A stretch of DNA of 64,000 nucleotides from Parcubacteria group bacterium Greene0416_39 (GCA_007375675.1 VMEU01000003.1:8692-72691), one strand, 5' to 3'. Counted from the first letter of the stretch, positions 1-8,623 are shown. Notes: generated by a model not told the origin, from the letters alone. Translations and numbers: made by a program.

Positions 1-969
1 TTTGGCGTTGGCATTCCACCCAGGGTTATTGGCAAAAAAATAGGGGAAACCATATATTCTTTGAATCTTTTGCCCATTGGAGCTTTTGTGAAGCTTTTAG
101 GGGAAGAAAAAAGCATGAAAGACCCCAGGAGCTTTAGCGAGAAATCCCTATTTCAGAAGGTTGTTATTGTGGCAGCAGGAGTTGTTGCCTTTTGGCTGTT
201 TTCTATCGTGACGTTTATGATCTTGGCAGCAAGTTCTGGCATTCCAATGGCAGTTGAAGATGAAACGACACAAAGAATATCAAATTCTCATGTTCAAGTT
301 GTGGGAATAGCTCCTGATTCTCCCGCAAAAGAGGCAGGTCTTAAACTTGGAGACAGGATTGTAGAAGTTGTCTCGCGAGAGGTAGACAAAGTAAGCGAGG
401 TGCAAGAGGCAACAGAAAAACTAAAAGGCAAGGAAGCAACTTTTACTATTCAAAGAGGAAAAGAAACATTACAAGTAAACCTTGTGCCAAGAGCAGATCC
501 TCCTGAAGGGGAAGGCCCTATGGGAGTGGCTTTGTCTCGGCAAGCTTTTGTGCACTATAGCTGGTATGAGGCGCCTGTTCAGGGTGTTGTAATAACAGCA
601 AGGGTGACCTGGGAGATAATTCAACAGCTTGGAGGCACGCTTGCAAGGGTGTTTGCAGGTAAGGGTCTTCCAGGAGGCATTGACGTTGCAGGGCCCATTG
701 GTATTGTGCAGATTCTTTCAGGTTCTCTTGCTTTGGGCCTGCCTTCTTATCTTTCGTTTCTTGCAACTCTTTCTATTTACCTTGCTTTGTTTAACATTCT
801 TCCCATTCCCGCAGTAGACGGCGGGAGATTGTTCTTTTTGGGTTTGGAGTTTTTGAGAAAGAAACCTCTTTCTGAAAAGTTTGAAGGCCGCGTAAACGCA
901 GTTTCTTTTGGCATTCTCATTTTCATCTTGCTCGCCGTCACCTTCCGCGACCTCACCAAACTCTTTTAG
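1..969 (+). CDS. rseP: RIP/site-2 metalloprotease RseP, C-terminal part (5' end outside window)
   Basis: Frame 1 is open from base 1 (FGVGIPPRVIGKKIGETIYSLNLLPIGAFVKLLGEE). PDZ-like GIAPDSPAKEAGLKLGDRIVEV. C-terminal TM helices with NILPIPAVDGGRL. Confidence 0.85.
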   Translation, partial: FGVGIPPRVIGKKIGETIYSLNLLPIGAFVKLLGEEKSMKDPRSFSEKSLFQKVVIVAAGVVAFWLFSIVTFMILAASSGIPMAVEDETTQRISNSHVQVVGIAPDSPAKEAGLKLGDRIVEVVSREVDKVSEVQEATEKLKGKEATFTIQRGKETLQVNLVPRADPPEGEGPMGVALSRQAFVHYSWYEAPVQGVVITARVTWEIIQQLGGTLARVFAGKGLPGGIDVAGPIGIVQILSGSLALGLPSYLSFLATLSIYLALFNILPIPAVDGGRLFFLGLEFLRKKPLSEKFEGRVNAVSFGILIFILLAVTFRDLTKLF

Positions 970-1073
970 TGCGTCATTCATTATACATACGTTTATCTAA
1001 GTAAGCAGCGTTTTTGCGCAAGAGTGGGTATGCCAGGCGTTGCGCTTACTTATTGAACTCGCACCACAAATTC

Positions 1074-1102
1074 TTGACATCTAAGACCGCATATGCTATA
1101 CT
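1074..1102 (+). promoter_or_regulatory. sigma70-type promoter TTGACA-17-TATACT
   Basis: TTGACA at 1074-1079, 17-nt spacer, TATACT at 1097-1102, upstream of the GC-rich ORF 1212..1586. Confidence 0.6.
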
Positions 1103-1211
1103 ATAATCGTTAATCAAAGATTAACCCCGCTAAGGGATGCGCAAGCATCCCAGTGCGCCTCTTCCAGGGCGCAAGTCTACTGACAGAGCGGGAAAGCACA
1201 AGGAGGACACC

Positions 1212-1586
1212 ATGGAAGAACGCAGGTACATTCGTAACCTTGCCCGAAGCATGATAGGTCAGCTCCGCATCAAACCCTTGGACCTCGGTCAGTCCGGGGC
1301 TCACGGCCTGTATGCGAATAGGAACGAAGAGATTAAGGCCCTGCTTTGCCAGATGCGTCCGGAGAAGTTGGGGCAGATCGCCTCGTTCGGGAGGGCCTGG
1401 GGGGGAGACGTGTACGGCACCTCGCTGTATGGGGCGCACAACGCGACCTGGCTGTCCAAGCATGCGGATGGAATGACACTTCTCCGTGAGATCGCCTGTA
1501 CGGCGATCGTGGCGGAGATGGCGGACATCCTACGGCTCCGCATGGAGCTTGACGCACGCGTCAACACATCCGTATCTAGGGCCTGA
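1212..1586 (+). CDS. hypothetical protein (GC-rich ORFan, 124 aa)
   Basis: ATG at 1212 lies 5 nt after AAGGAGGA. It has its own promoter and terminator. No family recognised. The track ORF 1137..1586 starts further upstream without an RBS. Confidence 0.55.
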   Translation: MEERRYIRNLARSMIGQLRIKPLDLGQSGAHGLYANRNEEIKALLCQMRPEKLGQIASFGRAWGGDVYGTSLYGAHNATWLSKHADGMTLLREIACTAIVAEMADILRLRMELDARVNTSVSRA

Positions 1587-1608
1587 CCCTCCGTTCCGCG
1601 TCCAAGAC

Positions 1609-1661
1609 CCCCAGCACGAAGTTCTTCACCCGAAGTTCTTAGTGCTGGGGCTCTTCATTTT
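1609..1661 (+). terminator. hairpin terminator
   Basis: CCCCAGCAC (1609-1617) pairs with GTGCTGGGG (1642-1650), followed by a T-rich tract. Confidence 0.55.
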
Positions 1662-1722
1662 GGGTGGGGTTTTGCGCCCCGGCTCTTTTGTTTTTGGGAA
1701 ATTTCATGTATAGTTGAGGAAC

Positions 1723-2970
1723 ATGAGGCAGTTTCAATTATTCACAAAGACTTCTCGGAATGCTCCCAAAGACGAGGAGAGCAAAAACGCAAAGCTGCTG
1801 ATCCAGGCAGGTTTTATTCGCAAGGAAATGGCAGGCGTGTATTCGTTTTTGCCTTTTGGCCTTCGGGTGCTGAACAAAATCATTGGCATTATTCGAGAGG
1901 AGATGAACGCAATTGGAGGTCAAGAGCTTTTGCTGACTACGCTTCAGGATCCGGAAGTATGGAAAAAGACCGGAAGGTGGGTGGAGGAAGAAGCAGATCC
2001 CCAGCATGGCCTTCCTTGGTTTAAAACAAAACTCGTGAACAAGGGAGAGCTTGGCCTTGCCAATACCCATGAGGAACCTTTGACCAATCTCATGCGAGAG
2101 CACGTTGCCTCATACCGTGACCTCCCCCGGTATGTGTACCAGTTTCAAACAAAGTTCAGAAACGAACTGCGAGCAAAGAGCGGGATTATGAGAACGAGAG
2201 AGTTTATTATGAAAGACCTATACTCGTTCAGCCGCAATGAAGAGGAATTCCGCGCGTTTTACGAGCAGTGCGCAGAGGCATACATGAAGATTTTTACTAG
2301 GGCGGGCATTGGGGAGCGCACATATCGCACATTTGCAAGCGGGGGTTCATTCAGCAAGTTTTCAGACGAGTTCCAAACTATATGCCAGGCCGGCGAAGAC
2401 ACCATTTACGTTGACAAGAAAAAGAATATTGCAGTGAACAAAGAAGTCTACAATGACGAAATTCTTATGGAGCTTGGCCTCAAGAAAAACGAAATGTCTG
2501 AAGAACGCGCCATAGAAGTTGGAAACATTTTCCCTTTGGGCACTAAGTTTTCTGTGCCGCTCGGCCTTACTTTTAAGACAGCGGAAGGAAGCGAAAAACC
2601 TGTCATTATGGGTTCTTACGGCATTGGGCCAGCCCGTCTCATGGGAACCGTAGTTGAGATGTTATCGGATGAGAAAGGAATTGTATGGCCTGAATCTATT
2701 GCGCCATTTTCTGTTCACCTTCTTGCACTTGAAGGAGGAGAGAAGGAAGCTAAAGCTCTCTACGAGAGGCTTGAAAAGCAAGGAATGGAAGTGTTATACG
2801 ATGACAGAACTGACAAAAGCTCAGGAGAAAAGCTTGTAGACGCAGACTTGTTGGGAATTCCAACAAGAATTGTTGTGAGCGCGAGAACCCTTGAACAGGG
2901 AAGCGTTGAAGTAAAAAAAAGAAATGAAGAAAAACACGAACTTGTAAAACTTGATGCGCTCACTCTTTAG
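1723..2970 (+). CDS. proS: prolyl-tRNA synthetase (short form without INS domain)
   Basis: MRQFQLFTKTSRNAPKDEESKNAKLLIQAGFIRKEMAGVYSFLPFGLRVL is a typical ProRS N-terminus. Class II core. TATAGT at 1709-1714 lies 8 nt before the ATG. Confidence 0.92.
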   Translation: MRQFQLFTKTSRNAPKDEESKNAKLLIQAGFIRKEMAGVYSFLPFGLRVLNKIIGIIREEMNAIGGQELLLTTLQDPEVWKKTGRWVEEEADPQHGLPWFKTKLVNKGELGLANTHEEPLTNLMREHVASYRDLPRYVYQFQTKFRNELRAKSGIMRTREFIMKDLYSFSRNEEEFRAFYEQCAEAYMKIFTRAGIGERTYRTFASGGSFSKFSDEFQTICQAGEDTIYVDKKKNIAVNKEVYNDEILMELGLKKNEMSEERAIEVGNIFPLGTKFSVPLGLTFKTAEGSEKPVIMGSYGIGPARLMGTVVEMLSDEKGIVWPESIAPFSVHLLALEGGEKEAKALYERLEKQGMEVLYDDRTDKSSGEKLVDADLLGIPTRIVVSARTLEQGSVEVKKRNEEKHELVKLDALTL

Positions 2971-4015
2971 CAAAATTCTTTCGTATCTTGGCCAAGACAT
3001 TGCAATTGACCTTGGCACTGCAAACTCTCTTGTATACCTAAGAGGCCGCGGCATTGTCATTCAAGAGCCCTCGGTTGTTGCGGTGAATCAAAAAACCGGC
3101 CAGATTTTAGCTATTGGCCAGGAAGCAAAGAAAATGGTAGGCAGAACCCCTGCCCATATTGTGGCTACACGCCCCTTGAGAAAAGGAGTCATCTCTGACT
3201 TTGAAGTAACCGAGCAAATGCTCCGCTATTTCATACACAAGGTACAAAAGAAAAAGCTGCCTGTGAGCCCTGGGCCCAGAGTAATTGTTGGCATTCCCTT
3301 TGGAGTTACCGAAGTTGAGAAAAAAGCAGTGCGTGACGCGTCGCTCAACGCAGGAGCGCGGGAAGTCTATCTTATTGAGGAACCCATGGCAGCTGCCATT
3401 GGGGCGCGGCTTGCAGTGCAAGAGGCAGGAGGCAACTTTATTGTTGACATCGGAGGAGGAACCACCGAGGTTGCGGTGATATCTCTAGGAGGAATTGTGT
3501 TTGCAAAATCTTTGCGCATTGCAGGAGACAAGCTCAACGAAGATATCATTCACTACGCCCAAGAGCAGTTTAAGCTTCTCATTGGCGAGCGCACGGCAGA
3601 AGCAGTCAAGATAGGCATTGGGTCTGCGTTTCCCCTGAAAGAGAAAAAAGAAATGCCGCTGCGCGGGAGAAACGTGGTGACAGGCCTGCCTGAAGAAATC
3701 ATGGTGTCAGATGAAGACATCAGAAGAGCAATGGAACGTTCGGTGCGCCAGATTGTCAACGAAGTGAAGGCGGCTGTGGAAGCAACTCCGCCTGAGCTTT
3801 TGGCAGACATTATGGCAAGTGGTTTATATCTTTCAGGAGGAGGAGCACTGCTCCGCGGGCTTGATACCCTTATAGCAAAAGAAACAAAGATTCCCACGAA
3901 AGTGGTAGAAGACCCGCTCACTGCTGTGGCTCGCGGCGCAGGCCTTGTGTTGGAGAATTTAGATGAACTGGAAGAAGTATTGGTCGAGACAGAAGAACTA
4001 GAGCCACCTAGGTAA
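2954..4015 (+). CDS. mreB: rod shape-determining protein MreB
   Basis: DIAIDLGTANSLVYLRGRGIVIQEPSVVAV and DIGGGTTEVAVISLGG actin-like motifs. Confidence 0.93.
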   Translation: MRSLFSKILSYLGQDIAIDLGTANSLVYLRGRGIVIQEPSVVAVNQKTGQILAIGQEAKKMVGRTPAHIVATRPLRKGVISDFEVTEQMLRYFIHKVQKKKLPVSPGPRVIVGIPFGVTEVEKKAVRDASLNAGAREVYLIEEPMAAAIGARLAVQEAGGNFIVDIGGGTTEVAVISLGGIVFAKSLRIAGDKLNEDIIHYAQEQFKLLIGERTAEAVKIGIGSAFPLKEKKEMPLRGRNVVTGLPEEIMVSDEDIRRAMERSVRQIVNEVKAAVEATPPELLADIMASGLYLSGGGALLRGLDTLIAKETKIPTKVVEDPLTAVARGAGLVLENLDELEEVLVETEELEPPR

Positions 4016-4017
4016 AG

Positions 4018-4085
4018 CTACGAAATACGAAAAAATACGAATATACGAAAATTTCGTACATTCGTACAAAATTCGTAATTCGTAG
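4018..4085. repeat. AT-rich imperfect palindrome (TTCGTA variant of the intergenic cassette family)
   Basis: CTACGAAATACGAAAAAATACGAATATACGAAAAT / ATTTCGTACATTCGTACAAAATTCGTAATTCGTAG. It fills the mreB-gatC spacer. Confidence 0.7.
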
Positions 4086-4092
4086 AGAATTC

Positions 4093-4380
4093 ATGATTAC
4101 CAAAGAAGAGGTACAACATATTGCAAAACTTGCGAGGATAGAGCTTGCCGACGAAGAACTGAAGAAATTCCAAAAAGATTTCTCTCAGATTCTGGAGTTT
4201 TTTGAGACGCTCAAGGACGTTGACGTGTCAGACGAGAAATCCACGGCCTATTCCATCGCTCTTAACAACGTGACCAGAGATGACATATCAAGAAGAGAAA
4301 AACCGGAAGTAGTTGAAAAACTTATTCGTATGACGCCTCAAATAGAAGGAAATTATGTGAAAGTGCCCAAAGTATTATGA
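4093..4380 (+). CDS. gatC: Asp/Glu-tRNA amidotransferase subunit C
   Basis: MITKEEVQHIAKLARIELADEELKKFQKDFSQILEFFETLKDVDV. Overlaps gatA by 4 nt. Confidence 0.9.
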   Translation: MITKEEVQHIAKLARIELADEELKKFQKDFSQILEFFETLKDVDVSDEKSTAYSIALNNVTRDDISRREKPEVVEKLIRMTPQIEGNYVKVPKVL

Positions 4381-5804
4381 CCATAGAAGAAATCAGAACA
4401 GGTCTTTTGAAAAAAGAATTTTCCGCCGTGGAGCTTGCAGAGCAGTATTTGGCGCGCATTCGGGAGAAAGACCAGGAACTCCACGCGTTTCTCAACGTGA
4501 CAGAAAAACTTGCCCTTGCACAAGCGCGTGAAATTGATGAGAAAATAGCCCGCCTGCCGGCGAGGCAGGCAACGGGAGAGGAATTACCTCCTTTAGCTGG
4601 AGTTCCGTGTTCTGTGAAAGATGCAATTTTAGTAGAGGGAGTTTTGTGCACGGCAGGTTCTCGTATGCTTGAAAACTATATTGCTCCGTATGACGCAACC
4701 GTGGTACAAAAGATAAAGAAGGCAGGAGCTCTTATTGTAGGCAAGACCAATATGGATGAGTTTGGCATGGGAAGTTCCACAGAGAATTCTGCGTTTGGGC
4801 CAACCAAGAATCCCTATGACCCAACTCGAGTGGCAGGCGGAAGTTCAGGAGGGTCTGCAGCGAGCGTAGCAACGGGGGAGTGCGCTGTTTCCCTGGGAGA
4901 GGATACCGGAGGGTCTATTCGTCTTCCCGCCTCTTTTTGCGGAGTTGTGGGGTTAAAACCTACCTACGGAGCAGTTTCTCGTTACGGGATTATTGCAATT
5001 GCTTCTTCTTTGGATCAGGTAGGGCCCATGGCAAAGACGGTAGAGGACTGCGAAACATTGTTCCATGTGATTCGCGGGAAAGACCCGATGGATTCTACGT
5101 CAGTGGAATCAAAAATTTCTAATGACGAATTTCTAATTTCTAAACTTCGGATCGGGGTTCCAAAAGAATACTTTGGAGAGGGATTAGATCCGCAGGTTGA
5201 GAAGGTTATCCGAGGAGCTATTGAAAAACTTGAACATGCTGGAGCAAAGATTATAGAAGTGAGCCTGCCGCATTGCTCGTACGCGTTGGCTGACTACTAT
5301 ATTATAAATATGTCTGAGATTTCTGCAAACCTTGCGCGGTATGACGGCATACGATACGGAGCCTCTGTTTCTGGGGGAAATCTTTTGGCAACGTATATGC
5401 GCTCGCGTGGAGAAAAACTTGGAGCTGAAGTGAAAAGGAGAATCATGCTGGGCACATATGCCTTGTCTGCAGGTTACTATGAGCAGTACTATGTAAAGGC
5501 TCAAAAGGTGCGAGCACTTTTACGAAAGGACTTTGACCAAGTATTTGAAAAAGTTGATGTGATCGCAGGTCCGGTGAGCCCGTTTCTTCCCTTCAAAATC
5601 GGGGAAAAGGTGGGAAACCCGCTCGCAATGTACCTTGTTGATATGTACACAGTAACCCTTAACTTGGCAGGCCTTCCAGGGTTATCTGTGCCCGCTGGAT
5701 CGGTACAAGGTCTCCCGGTAGGGCTTCAACTGATTGCCCCTGCATTTCAAGAGCAGACTCTTTTTGAAACAGGAAAAGCGTTTGAAAAAATTCGAACATT
5801 CTAA
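4377..5804 (+). CDS. gatA: Asp/Glu-tRNA amidotransferase subunit A
   Basis: Amidase signature GGSSGGSAASVA. Full-length GatA-like. Confidence 0.95.
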   Translation: MTIEEIRTGLLKKEFSAVELAEQYLARIREKDQELHAFLNVTEKLALAQAREIDEKIARLPARQATGEELPPLAGVPCSVKDAILVEGVLCTAGSRMLENYIAPYDATVVQKIKKAGALIVGKTNMDEFGMGSSTENSAFGPTKNPYDPTRVAGGSSGGSAASVATGECAVSLGEDTGGSIRLPASFCGVVGLKPTYGAVSRYGIIAIASSLDQVGPMAKTVEDCETLFHVIRGKDPMDSTSVESKISNDEFLISKLRIGVPKEYFGEGLDPQVEKVIRGAIEKLEHAGAKIIEVSLPHCSYALADYYIINMSEISANLARYDGIRYGASVSGGNLLATYMRSRGEKLGAEVKRRIMLGTYALSAGYYEQYYVKAQKVRALLRKDFDQVFEKVDVIAGPVSPFLPFKIGEKVGNPLAMYLVDMYTVTLNLAGLPGLSVPAGSVQGLPVGLQLIAPAFQEQTLFETGKAFEKIRTF

Positions 5805-5821
5805 CATTCAAACATTATTAC

Positions 5822-6340
5822 ATGCCAGACATTTTTTACCTTTTTTCTCTGCTCGTATCTCCTGCCGTGCAAGATCACCTTTTAATCCCAAAGATCACCC
5901 TCGGCGCGCTAAGCGCAGTGCTTCTTGGGTTTATCGTATGGGCATTCTTTAATACGTCGTGGTTTCAGTATGCGTTTTTTACTGATCTGCGGGAGTTTCT
6001 TACGTTTCGTTCCTATGGGCTTCGCAAAATGATCGATAGGTGGCAGAAGACACTTGCAAGGTTGGAAACCGCCCAGGAAGCTGAATACAAACTCGCGGTT
6101 ATTGAAGCAGACGCCATGCTTGACGACGCCTTAAAAAGAATGGCCTTCCCCGGAGCAACGGTGGACGAGCGCTTGCAGAATCTTAGCGCAGCCATTGTTG
6201 CTAATGTGGAGGAAGTACAAAAAGCGCATGCCTTGCGAAATAACGTTGTGCATGACCCAAACTTTCGTTTGTCTTTAGACGAGGCAAGAAAAACCCTCTC
6301 TACATTTGAGAAAGCATTCCAGAGCCTTGATTTGATTTAG
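5822..6340 (+). CDS. hypothetical membrane protein
   Basis: 172-aa ORF with two N-terminal hydrophobic helices. No family recognised. Confidence 0.55.
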   Translation: MPDIFYLFSLLVSPAVQDHLLIPKITLGALSAVLLGFIVWAFFNTSWFQYAFFTDLREFLTFRSYGLRKMIDRWQKTLARLETAQEAEYKLAVIEADAMLDDALKRMAFPGATVDERLQNLSAAIVANVEEVQKAHALRNNVVHDPNFRLSLDEARKTLSTFEKAFQSLDLI

Positions 6341-6344
6341 TTTG

Positions 6345-6416
6345 TTGCGGGGGCCGGATTTGCACCGGCGATCTCAAGGTTATGGGCCTCGTATGCTACT
6401 GCTGCACCACCCCGCA
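6345..6416 (-). tRNA. tRNA with CAU anticodon (Met or Ile2), non-canonical loops
   Basis: Reverse complement folds as TGCGGGG TG GTGC AGCAGTA GCAT A CGAGG CCCATAA CCTTG AGATC GCCGG TGCAAAT CCGGC CCCCGCA A. It has C33 instead of U33 and a TGC instead of TTC T-loop. Confidence 0.65.
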
Positions 6417-6493
6417 TGAGTATTCTATCTCAAGCATAAAGGATTGTAAAGTCCTTGATGTAAGACTTATTTTCCTGTATATTCAACCTGTGT

Positions 6494-6570
6494 GCCGGCG
6501 TAGCTCAGTGGTTTAGAGCAGGGCCTTCATAAGGCCAAGGTCGGAGGTTCGATCCCTCCCGTCGGCACCA
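6494..6570 (+). tRNA. tRNA with CAU anticodon (Met elongator or Ile2), CCA encoded
   Basis: GCCGGCG TA GCTC AGTGGTTTA GAGC A GGGCC TTCATAA GGCCA AGGTC GGAGG TTCGATC CCTCC CGTCGGC A CCA. Confidence 0.85.
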
Positions 6571-6581
6571 AGAGAAATGAT

Positions 6582-7252
6582 ATGCCAATCCCTCGAACAA
6601 AAGATGAGACTTTCTTTAAGAGATGGACGCCAGAAATGGCTTACGTTCTGGGATTTATTACTGCGGATGGAGCTCTAATCAAAAATAAAAGAGGCGCAAA
6701 GTTTATAGAAATCCAATCGATAGATAAAGAATTGTTTATAAGATCCGAGAGGCACTACGATCAAATCTGGCGGTTGGAGAGTATCAACCAAAGCATCCGA
6801 ATCAAAATAAAAGATACCGACTCCAGATTGGTTCTAAACGGATGTATGCAGATTTATTGAAGCTTGGCCTTGTTGCTAGAAAAGCTTATCGAGTTCGAAT
6901 TCCAACAATTCCTTTTAATTATATAAGAGATTTTCTCCGTGGTTATTTTGATGGAGACGGAGGAGTATCCCTCTACCTATCTCATAAGAAAGATAGAAAA
7001 ACTCCTACAAGGGTACTATTGACCACATTCACAAGTTGTAGTAAGGGAATGCTTGACGATGTTGCTATAGTACTTTCTAAGGGAGGAGGTACTCGTTTGA
7101 AAATTTCTCAGAAGAAATGGGGTGACAATGCGTTTGAATTACGGTATAGTACTGTTGATAGTAGAAAGATCTATTACTTCCTTTATAGGAACCAGGATCA
7201 GTTATTTCTTAGAAGGAAAAAGATAGTTTTTGAGAAATATTTGCGGGCGTAG
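6582..7252 (+). pseudogene. free-standing double-motif LAGLIDADG homing endonuclease, -1 frameshifted
   Basis: Motif 1 is YVLGFITADGAL (ORF 6582..6860). Motif 2 is FLRGYFDGDGGV (ORF 6842..7252). The second frame is already open from 6728 and reads IVYKIREALRSNLAVGEYQ...YRLQIGSKRMYADLLKLGL, so the frames join near 6728-6735. Confidence 0.8.
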
Positions 7253-7317
7253 AGGAGTCTGGAGTCCTCGGATCCCTGTCACGGATCAAATCGTGGGTTC
7301 AAATCCCATCGCCCGCG
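7243..7317 (+). tRNA. tRNA-Asp (GUC)
   Basis: GCGGGCG TA GAGG AGTCTGGAGT CCTC G GATCC CTGTCAC GGATC AAATC GTGGG TTCAAAT CCCAT CGCCCGC G. Its first 10 nt overlap the LAGLIDADG stop codon. Confidence 0.9.
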
Positions 7318-7350
7318 CAGAAGATTTGGAATACAAGAATGAGAGGTGAT

Positions 7351-7545
7351 ATGCAAATTATTCGCTGGTTCTTTCTAGGTATTGTGGTGGATGTAGTGTT
7401 GGTGGAGTATATAGGAGTATATCTCTGCATAAGAATTCCAGTCAGCATTGTCACAAAAAAGGATCCTAGTTCTTTTGAATTCCGATTTGCGCCTTGGATT
7501 GATCGTCTGCTTGGGTATCCAAGACCTCATGGCGGTTTTCGCTAA
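7351..7545 (+). CDS. hypothetical small protein (weak call)
   Basis: 64-aa ORF with a hydrophobic N-terminus, followed by a good terminator. No RBS or family support. Confidence 0.25.
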   Translation: MQIIRWFFLGIVVDVVLVEYIGVYLCIRIPVSIVTKKDPSSFEFRFAPWIDRLLGYPRPHGGFR

Positions 7546-7561
7546 CCATCTTGGGACAAGT

Positions 7562-7593
7562 CCGCTAGCCCCCCGTGCTAGCGGCTTTTATTT
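7562..7593 (+). terminator. rho-independent terminator
   Basis: CCGCTAGC (7562-7569) / GCTAGCGG (7577-7584), then CTTTTATTT. Confidence 0.6.
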
Positions 7594-7620
7594 GACAAAA
7601 CCCAAGAGTTTCGATAAAAG
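7592..7620 (+). promoter_or_regulatory. candidate promoter TTGACA-17-TAAAAG
   Basis: TTGACA at 7592-7597. The -10 is weak. Confidence 0.4.
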
Positions 7621-7674
7621 AGTAGTAGCACCCTAACAACCGAAGGGTGAGTTTATACGAGGAAGGAGAGTGAT

Positions 7675-8397
7675 ATGCTCCAAGTTCCATCGGGCCGTGT
7701 CTTTGATGCATACGACGAACAAATGCTGAGGAAGTTTGTGCAGTATGGCTTTGTTCGCTGGAGCGAGGAACCTATAACTTTGAAGTCCGGAGTGCAAAGC
7801 CATGTCTATGTGTTCGGGAGGGAGGACCTTACCGACCACCCGGACCTGGAATGGCTTGTGGGGCGGAAGATTGCTGTCCTTGTGGCGGAGAATGCCCAGG
7901 AACGGTCAGACCTCAAACAGCAGTGCCTGATCGGCGTGCCGACAGCTGGCACGGCACTTGCCCAAGCAGGAAGCATGGTAAATTATATTCAGAAACGCCA
8001 CCTGGGAGGACCTTCTGCACTACGGGTTATCCATCGCATCATGCGAGAAGACCTGAAGATCCATGGGGCGCATCCTGACTGGGTGAACGGGAAGGCGCAG
8101 CCGGAGCTTCATACCTACTGGACAGTAGATAACGTAGTTACGGATGGCGGGTCCAAGCTGGAGACCCAGAATCGACTGCAGGAAAGCGGTTATCCCGTAG
8201 AGGATATGCCCTCTCTCGTGTTCGTGGACAGGCAGCAAGGCGGCATTGTCAACATGGAAAAAGCCGGATTCCGCAACATCGTTGTCGCCTATAACCTCCT
8301 AGATATCACCTTTGCCCTTGGTAAACTCGAGCTCTGGCCAAGGGACGCGGTGCAGGCCGTAGGGGAGGAAATCGAGGCACATCAGCTCATTTCATAG
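7675..8397 (+). CDS. type I phosphoribosyltransferase, OPRT(PyrE)-like
   Basis: ITLKSGVQSHVYVFG (OPRT-like N-terminal motif) and PRPP loop TVDNVVTDGGSKLE. SD GGAAGGAG. GC-richer than its neighbours. Confidence 0.6.
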   Translation: MLQVPSGRVFDAYDEQMLRKFVQYGFVRWSEEPITLKSGVQSHVYVFGREDLTDHPDLEWLVGRKIAVLVAENAQERSDLKQQCLIGVPTAGTALAQAGSMVNYIQKRHLGGPSALRVIHRIMREDLKIHGAHPDWVNGKAQPELHTYWTVDNVVTDGGSKLETQNRLQESGYPVEDMPSLVFVDRQQGGIVNMEKAGFRNIVVAYNLLDITFALGKLELWPRDAVQAVGEEIEAHQLIS

Positions 8398-8426
8398 AGC
8401 AATAGAGTATGGGGAATCGTGCTCAG

Positions 8427-8460
8427 GCCGCCAGACACCTGTCCTGGCGGCTTTTTGTTT
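8427..8460 (+). terminator. rho-independent terminator
   Basis: GCCGCCAG / CTGGCGGC followed by TTTTTGTTTT. Confidence 0.7.
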
Positions 8461-8623
8461 TCGTAAACTATCTTGTTATCATTGCCATAGCAGAATTAAC
8501 AAGATATCTCACAATTGTTGCTCGAGCATAAATAAAGAGAATTGGGGATATTTACCCCTGTGGAAAAGATGTCTCCAAAGGAGTTGATTTCCCCTTTATT
8601 TTAAGGTAAAATAGATAGGGCGT

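Noticed and set aside
518-981. Several 60-90-aa ORFs overlapping rseP on both strands (518..766 -, 629..817 +, 718..981 -, 777..959 -).
   Set aside because: They are shadow ORFs inside a well-supported gene. They have no start signals and low-complexity translations.
1110-1567. Antisense and alternative-frame ORFs in the GC-rich cassette (1110..1463 -, 1301..1567 -, 1333..1557 -, 1486..1713 +).
   Set aside because: GC-rich DNA yields long spurious frames. Only the + frame starting at 1212 has a promoter, an SD and a terminator in register.
6494-7317. Possibility that the LAGLIDADG gene marks a group I intron splitting a tRNA.
   Set aside because: Both flanking tRNAs (CAU, including its CCA end, and Asp) fold as complete cloverleaves. 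No split exon halves are visible.
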